In this document: piece after piece, positions 58,136 through 64,000 of the stretch
Layout of the letters: each line of letters opens with the position of its first letter
Position numbering within the stretch: position 1 is the first letter of the stretch
Assembly (NCBI GenBank): GCA_965207225.1
Contig: CBDBLV010000001.1
Location: 96,001-160,000, forward strand
DNA length: 64,000 bases
Source of the DNA: Dehalococcoidia bacterium
GTDB lineage: Bacteria; Chloroflexota; Dehalococcoidia; Plut-88900
Reading direction: 5' to 3'
Notes under the pieces: model-generated
Told to the model about the DNA's origin: nothing
The model's database searches: none
Seen by the model: the letters and a program-made list of their open reading frames with translations, nothing else
Position numbers and translations under genes: made by a program

Positions 58136-59839
58136 ATGAGAGAACACGAGGTACCGACTCACGTGCAGGCCGAGGACAGGGTGCTGCTGTGGTTCACCTT
58201 CCCGCAGGTCGTGGCGGTGGTGGCGGTGTGCGCCCTGTCCTACGGCGCATACCGCTACGCCCCGGTGGGGCCGTCCGAGGTGAGGATGGGACTCGCCGTC
58301 CTCATGGGCCTCATCGGGCTTGCCGCTGTCGTGGGAAAGATAGGGGGTCGGCGGCTGCCGTTGGTGGCCGCCGACCTGCTGAAGTACCGGCTGGGGGCGA
58401 GGCTCTATGCGGGTCCGGTCTCCCAGTTGGTGCTGTCCGAGCCGCCCGCGCCTGCGCAGCCGGTGAGGAGCGGCCCCGGCCCCTTGAGCCTGATGACGAA
58501 GAAGGTCGGCAGAACCCTGCGCCGCCTTCGACGGAGGCGCAAGCTGCGGAACAGGCGTAGGGACCGCCGCAACGGACGGATGCCGTTTCGTCCCCATGGT
58601 TGGTTCGGCAAGCGCCGCCGCAAGGAGAACAGGAACAGCCAGGGCCACGGACCCAAGGGCTGGATGGCGGTGGTGGCCGCCGTCGCTCTGGCGGCGGCCA
58701 CGGTCGTCCCTCAGGCAGCCCTGGCCGACGGCCACGAGCCGTGGCGGGATGAGATCGACTTCGAGGTGACCGAGCCGGTGGAGGGCAGGCGGATATTCGT
58801 CGAGGGCCTCACTGTCTCCGGCGACCGGGCCGCAGTGAAGCTCAGGGCGGCGACGGACCTGGACATCCGGGTACGCGCCTTCGGCGGCAGCCAGGGCACG
58901 TCCCTGCGCTTCTGGGGTTCGGCGTCCCTGGGCGAGGGGGAGACCATCGACTACTCCCTGCCCCTGCACGGCCCACTGCCGTCCTTCACGGTCTCGTGGG
59001 AGGACACCCTGGGGCAGGCGGGGGCGCTCACCATAGAGCACGACCGCATCCCGTACCCGCTCCCTGAATTCGAGGGAGAGCTGTGCGACCTGAGCGTGAC
59101 CTCCCTTGGCTGGACGCCAGGAGCAGTCAGCGGCGTGATCGAATCGGAGTGCGTGTCCGACATCGAGGAGCCGGTCGAGCTTCAGACGGTGGCCGGACAC
59201 GAGAGTGTCACCGAGACGGCGCTCATGGAGGCCGAGGTGCCTTCCATAACCGGGTCGGTAGTTGCCACGACGAGAGCATCGACCGCGAGCGTCGCATTCG
59301 TCCCCGACGGGGAGACGAGCTTCCGGCTCGCCGCGCCCACCGGCGAGGCGATTCACGCTCTGAGCGTGGACGTGAGCCTTGAGGCGAACCTCAGCATCCC
59401 CATCCCGCCGCTGACGACGCTCACCCACCACCCGGAGCGGACGGAGGAGCGCACCGAGACGGTGAGCCTGTGGAGGCCGGGGGCGAGCGACTCTGACAGC
59501 GACAGCGAGACCATCACCGTCACCCACGACGATGGCACGACCACGGACCACACGGTGTCCGCCTATGCCTACGCCCATGTGCCGGGCACGACGATCCAGA
59601 AGCAGGTCACGCTCACCATCGTCCATCCCGAACACGTCAAGGCCGAGACGACCGACCGAGCGCCCCTCACCAGGGCAAGGGAAGAGTCCCTATCCCTGGC
59701 GTCCGCCGTCGGGTCCGACGACGCCTTCGCCGTCCTGATTTTGCCGGAGCCTGAGCCGGAGGACCCGCCCGCTGAGCAGACTTCCGGCGGCGATCTGACC
59801 GACTGGTTCCGAAGACTGGGATGGGAGTGGCCCTGGTGA
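58136..59839 (+). CDS. PrgI/VirB3-like N-terminal domain fused to a large extracellular domain
   Basis: HEVPTHVQAEDRVLLWFTFPQ + 2 TM; Arg-rich linker; second signal-like helix ending ALA|DG; beta-rich remainder. Confidence 0.7.
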   Translation: MREHEVPTHVQAEDRVLLWFTFPQVVAVVAVCALSYGAYRYAPVGPSEVRMGLAVLMGLIGLAAVVGKIGGRRLPLVAADLLKYRLGARLYAGPVSQLVLSEPPAPAQPVRSGPGPLSLMTKKVGRTLRRLRRRRKLRNRRRDRRNGRMPFRPHGWFGKRRRKENRNSQGHGPKGWMAVVAAVALAAATVVPQAALADGHEPWRDEIDFEVTEPVEGRRIFVEGLTVSGDRAAVKLRAATDLDIRVRAFGGSQGTSLRFWGSASLGEGETIDYSLPLHGPLPSFTVSWEDTLGQAGALTIEHDRIPYPLPEFEGELCDLSVTSLGWTPGAVSGVIESECVSDIEEPVELQTVAGHESVTETALMEAEVPSITGSVVATTRASTASVAFVPDGETSFRLAAPTGEAIHALSVDVSLEANLSIPIPPLTTLTHHPERTEERTETVSLWRPGASDSDSDSETITVTHDDGTTTDHTVSAYAYAHVPGTTIQKQVTLTIVHPEHVKAETTDRAPLTRAREESLSLASAVGSDDAFAVLILPEPEPEDPPAEQTSGGDLTDWFRRLGWEWPW

Positions 59840-60150
59840 GGCGCATCGCGACCATAACGCTGTTCGCCATATCAGCCCTCGTTTCGATGGGAGCTACGCC
59901 GGAGGAGGAAGCGGTGCTTCACGCCTTCGACGCGGTGTTGACCGCGATGGCCTACGCCGCTGCCGGACTCTGCGTGTTCGCCATCGTCTGGGCGGGGTTC
60001 GTCCTGATGGCCGAGGGCGCGGAGGAGCGGGGCGGCGGCAGGGCCAAGAGCGCGGTGGTGATGGCCGTCGTCGGCCTGGTGCTGGTGCTCCTGGCCAAGG
60101 GCGTCGCCGCGCTGCTGAGAAGCGGCATCGTTCCGATTCCTACTCCCTAG
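59836..60150 (+). CDS. Second VirB2/TrbC-like pilin
   Basis: IVWAGFVLMAEG...RAKSAVVMAVVGLVLVLLA; GTGA overlap with the upstream gene. Confidence 0.78.
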   Translation: MRRIATITLFAISALVSMGATPEEEAVLHAFDAVLTAMAYAAAGLCVFAIVWAGFVLMAEGAEERGGGRAKSAVVMAVVGLVLVLLAKGVAALLRSGIVPIPTP

Positions 60151-60169
60151 ACATCACAAGGAGACGACG

Positions 60170-62437
60170 TTGAAGCAGTTGCTCAAGAGAATCACGAGGC
60201 GCGGAGGGGAGAGTCCACTCGAAGTGGCAGCCGCCCCGCAGGACATTTCGGAGGCCGACCCCTCCTTGGCCTCCGAATCCACCGAACCCCGGGTCCCCGC
60301 GCCGAAGCCTATACCGGAGCTACCGCTCTTCTTCATGTTGTCGCACCTGGACGACGACGGCCCCGTCCGCCTGGACGGGGTGAAGCTCGGCGTGTGCGAG
60401 GTGATGGGGCTGGAGCTTGACGAGCCGAAGCTGGGGGCCTTCGCCGGGGCGCTCAACGCCCTCGACTTCCCCGTGCAGCTACTCATACGCCAGCACCCGC
60501 CGCGTCTTGGCGGGCTGAAGGACAAGCTCAGGGATGCACAGCCGGAGAACCTTCCACCGCAGACGAAGGCGGCCGCCGAGTCGCTGAACCGGCTCCTCAC
60601 CGACCTGGAGGCCCGGGACGGCATCCTCGACCGGCGCTTCTACGCCGTCTGCGAGCACGCTCGCATCGACGAGCTGCGCGGCCTGCTGGCGCGTGCAGGA
60701 CTCTCCGTCCATCCACTGAAAGGCCGCCAGCTTCGCATGTTCCTCGTAGCGGCCACCCTGGGAGGCACCCCCACAGACGTGGACGAGAGTGAGGAGGTCG
60801 AGGTGCAGGTCAACCGACGTGACATGCGCGTCGGCGGCCGGCTCGTTCGCTCCCTGCACCTGGGCAAGTGGCCGAGGTCGTTGGCCCCAGGGTTCCTGCA
60901 AGGGTTGATGGCGGCGGGAGCGCCCATGGACCTGTCCATCCACCTGGGGCCGATACCGGCGGAACAAGCCGCCCGCACCCTCGAATGGCAGAAGGTCCGC
61001 TTCGAATCGGCGCAGTCCCTCTCCTTCAAGCGGGGCAGAACCATGTCCCCCGAGGCGGAGATCGCCCTGGAGGACGTGACCCGGCTCAGGGACGAGGTGC
61101 AGCGAGGCCGGGAACGTCTCTTTCACTCGTCGCTGTCCGTCACCCTTCACGCCAAGGATGAAGATTCCCTGAAGGAGATGACCCAGCGAGCCAAGGCGCA
61201 CTTCGCCGCCACGTTGGGCAAGCTGGACAACCTGGCCTTCCGTCAGCGGGAGGGTTTTCTGTCCACGCTGCCCCTGGCGCTGAACGCCGTGGCCGAGTGG
61301 CGCACCCTGGACACGTCGTCCCTGGCGCGGCTGTTCCCCTTCTCGCCGCCGGACCTGGACACCCGCAGCGGCACCCTCTACGGCATCGACATGCGAGCCT
61401 GTTCCCCCGTGGTCTACGACCCCTGGGACGGCACGCACCTCAACGCCAACACCGCCGTCCTCGCAAGATCGGGAAGCGGCAAGTCGTTCGCAACCAAGCT
61501 CGGCGTGCTCAGGGGCCTGACGCGGGGCGTCACCGCCTACGTCATCGACCCGGAGGGCGAGTACGCGGACATGGCGAGGGCCGCCGGAGGCAGGGTCCTG
61601 TCCCCCGGCGTGGAGGGCCAGGGCATGAACCCCTTCGTCATCGACCGGGGAGACGACGAGGAGCTGCTCCAGCGCATCGGCAGCCTGAGAAGGCTCATCG
61701 AGGTGATGGTGGGAGAGAGCCTCGGCGCGGAGCGCAGGGCCTCCCTAGACCACGCCCTGGCGGGCTACTACGCCCAACACAGGGAGCGCACCGGCTTCAG
61801 GGATTTTTACAAGTATCTCGAAGGGCAAGCGCCCGACATCGCCCACCTGCTGCGTCCCTTCGCCACAGGCAGCCTGCGCAACCTCCTCTCCGACGAGGGG
61901 GACGACCTTCTCGGCAACGAGGCGTTGGTGACCGTCTTCGACCTGCGGCTCTTGGAGCCGGAGTTGCGACCAGCCGCCGCGATGGTCTGCACCGAGACGG
62001 TGTGGGCGGCGGCCGCCCAGAATCCCAAGCCCCGCCTGCTGGTGGTGGACGAGGTGTGGAGCATCATGCAGCACCCCGAGGGCGCGGCCTTCATGGTCAG
62101 CATGGCGAAGCGCGCGAGAAAACACCGGCTGGGGTTGCAGTTCATCACCCAGGACGTGCAGGACCTGCTCTCCGAGGACTCTTCGAGGACCATCACCGGC
62201 CATTCGGGAAGGGCATTGCTACAGAACGCCGCCTTCAAGCTGCTGCTTCAGCAGGACGCGGCGGCGATAGCCACCGTGGGTGACGCCTTTGACCTGCCCG
62301 AAGACCTCCAGCGCTGGCTGCTGTCCTGCCCCCGTGGTGACGGGCTGCTTCTGGCCAGGGGGCACCGATTCCCGGTGCGCATAGAGGCGACCCCGGAGGA
62401 GACGGAAGTCATTGAATGGAGGCCGGGAAAGCACTAG
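60170..62437 (+). CDS. virB4: VirB4-like type IV secretion ATPase
   Basis: NANTAVLARSGSGKS (Walker A), VIDPEGEY, LVVDEVW (Walker B), KRARK and ITQD motifs. Confidence 0.9.
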   Translation: MKQLLKRITRRGGESPLEVAAAPQDISEADPSLASESTEPRVPAPKPIPELPLFFMLSHLDDDGPVRLDGVKLGVCEVMGLELDEPKLGAFAGALNALDFPVQLLIRQHPPRLGGLKDKLRDAQPENLPPQTKAAAESLNRLLTDLEARDGILDRRFYAVCEHARIDELRGLLARAGLSVHPLKGRQLRMFLVAATLGGTPTDVDESEEVEVQVNRRDMRVGGRLVRSLHLGKWPRSLAPGFLQGLMAAGAPMDLSIHLGPIPAEQAARTLEWQKVRFESAQSLSFKRGRTMSPEAEIALEDVTRLRDEVQRGRERLFHSSLSVTLHAKDEDSLKEMTQRAKAHFAATLGKLDNLAFRQREGFLSTLPLALNAVAEWRTLDTSSLARLFPFSPPDLDTRSGTLYGIDMRACSPVVYDPWDGTHLNANTAVLARSGSGKSFATKLGVLRGLTRGVTAYVIDPEGEYADMARAAGGRVLSPGVEGQGMNPFVIDRGDDEELLQRIGSLRRLIEVMVGESLGAERRASLDHALAGYYAQHRERTGFRDFYKYLEGQAPDIAHLLRPFATGSLRNLLSDEGDDLLGNEALVTVFDLRLLEPELRPAAAMVCTETVWAAAAQNPKPRLLVVDEVWSIMQHPEGAAFMVSMAKRARKHRLGLQFITQDVQDLLSEDSSRTITGHSGRALLQNAAFKLLLQQDAAAIATVGDAFDLPEDLQRWLLSCPRGDGLLLARGHRFPVRIEATPEETEVIEWRPGKH

Positions 62438-62495
62438 CCGGCAGCGTTGAACACGAAACGAGACGGCCCGATAGAGGCCGGGAAAGGGAGGAGAC

Positions 62496-62585
62496 ATGAC
62501 GAGCGACGGACACGGAACAGGCGAAGCGAGACATAGCGACTACGGACCGAGTGAAGACCTCAATAGAGAAAGGAAGAGAACATGA
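62496..62585 (+). CDS. Putative 29-aa leader peptide coupled to the coupling-protein gene
   Basis: GGGAGGAG RBS; MTSDGHGTGEARHSDYGPSEDLNRERKRT*; stop overlaps the next ATG (ATGA). Confidence 0.35.
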   Translation: MTSDGHGTGEARHSDYGPSEDLNRERKRT

Positions 62586-64000
62586 AGATGAACCCGATGA
62601 ACTGGCTGACGAACGATGAAGGAAAGAAAAAGCCGGTGCTGCTGGCGGTGACGCCGCCGAGGAAGGACGAGCGCACCATGCTGGGCGTGGAGAACATGCT
62701 CCAGTCCATCGCGGTGCCCGAACCCTTCTCCCTGGAGCTTGCCGGGGACGCCGACGGCGTGACGCTCCTGACCCGCTGCCTGGACGACCAGGTGGTGCGC
62801 GGCCAGATCGCCGCCCACTACCCCCAGGCCCGCATCGAAAGGGTGCCGATGGATGAAGACCCGCTGCGGCTGGGGGAGGACGAGCGGGCGTGGGGGATGA
62901 CGATCCGGGCCGACGGCCCGGAGTACGTCCCCATCCGCACCTTCCGGGACGACGACCTGCTGGACCCCGGCTCCGACCCCATCATCGCCCTGCTGGGCTC
63001 GCTGTCCAACCTGCGCCGGGACGAGCGCGTCGTGGCGCGGCTGATGCTGAACTCCCTGGGACCGGACTGGTCGCAGCACCACCAGGAGAAGGCCCACAGG
63101 CCCGCCGTGGAGCAGAGGCGCGACCCCTCCTACACCTACCAGACCAGGCCCCTGCGGATGGACGGCGTGACCATGGCCGTTCTGGGCGTGGGAACCGTCG
63201 CCGCCCTCCAGGGCTACCTGTGGGTGCAGGCGGGGCAGACCTGGAAGGCCGTGCTCCTGGGCATCGGCGTGAGCGGCGGACTGGCCGCCGCCGGCTGGCT
63301 CTGGCACCGCATCAAGAAGGCCCGCAACCGCGTCTACGACCCGAACCTCATCAAGGAGAAGGTCTCCCGCGTCGCCTTCGCCGGGGAGATACAGGTGACG
63401 GCGATACTGCCCGCCGACGCCGGACCCAAGCGCGCCAATGAACTGCTGGGGCAGGTCGCCGCGGCCTACCGCCACTACGACCACCCGGCGGGGGCCAGGC
63501 TCAAGGCGAGCAGGGTGAGGCCCGTCGTCCCCGATCCGGAGAACCTTCACCCAGGCCCCGGCCTTTTCGGGCGGCGCAGCGTCTTCGGGATGCGCGAGGC
63601 GGCGGCGCTGTGGCACCCGCCGGGAGCGCGTGACGAGACTCCCCTCGTGGGGAGGTCGGGTTCGAGGGCGCTCATCCCCTCCGCAAGGAACGTGAAGGGC
63701 GGCGCGCTGGTGGGCGACACCACTGCCGGAGCGAAGAGGGATATCCGCTTCCCCGACGACCTGCTGCGCCGCCACCACCTCTACGTCGCCCGCACCCGCA
63801 TGGGCAAGTCCACCCTGATGCACCACGTCGTCAGGCACAAGATGGAGGAGAAGGCGGCGGGCAGGGACTCAGACGCCATCGTCGTCGTCGATCCCCACGC
63901 AGACCTGGTGGAGGGCATCCTCCAACACGTGCCGGAGAAGATAGCCGGCAGCGTGCGGCTCATCGACCTTGCCGACGAGCGGGGATCGCCCGGCGTCAAC
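62582..64000 (+). CDS. VirD4/TraD-like type IV coupling protein, 3'-truncated by window edge (absent from the ORF track)
   Basis: Open frame from ATG 62582 with FSLEL, AAHYPQ, two TM helices, RRHHLYVARTRMGKST (Walker A) and VVVDPHADL. Confidence 0.85.
   Translation, partial: MKMNPMNWLTNDEGKKKPVLLAVTPPRKDERTMLGVENMLQSIAVPEPFSLELAGDADGVTLLTRCLDDQVVRGQIAAHYPQARIERVPMDEDPLRLGEDERAWGMTIRADGPEYVPIRTFRDDDLLDPGSDPIIALLGSLSNLRRDERVVARLMLNSLGPDWSQHHQEKAHRPAVEQRRDPSYTYQTRPLRMDGVTMAVLGVGTVAALQGYLWVQAGQTWKAVLLGIGVSGGLAAAGWLWHRIKKARNRVYDPNLIKEKVSRVAFAGEIQVTAILPADAGPKRANELLGQVAAAYRHYDHPAGARLKASRVRPVVPDPENLHPGPGLFGRRSVFGMREAAALWHPPGARDETPLVGRSGSRALIPSARNVKGGALVGDTTAGAKRDIRFPDDLLRRHHLYVARTRMGKSTLMHHVVRHKMEEKAAGRDSDAIVVVDPHADLVEGILQHVPEKIAGSVRLIDLADERGSPGVN

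Larger units (their letters stand above)
41127..64000. mobile_element. Probable part of an integrative conjugative element / genomic island (left boundary uncertain, extends beyond window)
   Basis: Codon style shifts from C-rich to G/C-balanced; contains T4SS genes, HTH regulators, adhesin cargo and an IS. No integrase or relaxase seen within the window. Confidence 0.6.

Noticed and set aside
57914-59635. 573-aa minus-strand ORF and similar long antisense ORFs throughout the window
   Set aside because: Shadow frames expected in high-GC coding DNA; the opposite strand carries the recognisable genes.
62540-63838. 432-aa minus-strand ORF
   Set aside because: Antisense shadow of the plus-strand VirD4-like gene, which the track missed because it has no stop in the window.

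Overview
High-GC bacterial window, most likely a Chloroflexota (Dehalococcoidia/SAR202-like) genome, possibly host-associated. This is inferred from three LLM monooxygenases, a Uma2 gene, Calx-beta/cadherin surface proteins and a GAAC-N4-GTTC-type box. Positions 1-41.1 kb are chromosomal backbone with very C-rich codon usage: tRNA-Met(CAT), ABC substrate-binding protein, peroxiredoxin, MMPL plus MpaB/Lcp-type oxygenase, an Rsb partner-switching module, an unusual circularly-permuted ATP-grasp/amt/alpha-E operon, duplicated yceI, LLMs, a TA pair, amidase, a type IIG restriction-modification gene with a swapped central segment, and many REP-like palindromes. From about 41.1 kb to the end, the DNA looks like part of a conjugative/integrative element: Uma2, two adhesin genes (the larger split by an intact IS1380 element with 18-bp IRs and a 5-bp TSD), a minus-strand block with a four-HTH regulator and structured leaders, and a compact VirB6/pilin/PrgI-fusion/pilin/VirB4/VirD4 type IV secretion cluster running off the window. 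Best novelty candidates: (i) the low-GC wHTH + HEPN-wHTH gene pair behind the tRNA, (ii) amt nested in the ATP-grasp/alpha-E operon, (iii) a LexA-box-preceded 51-aa heptad-repeat sORF / helically phased TTGATT array, (iv) the adhesin-carrying minimal T4SS element with its PrgI polyprotein-like fusion and 4xHTH regulator behind an RNA-switch-like leader. All family calls come from motif recognition by eye; no database searches were run.
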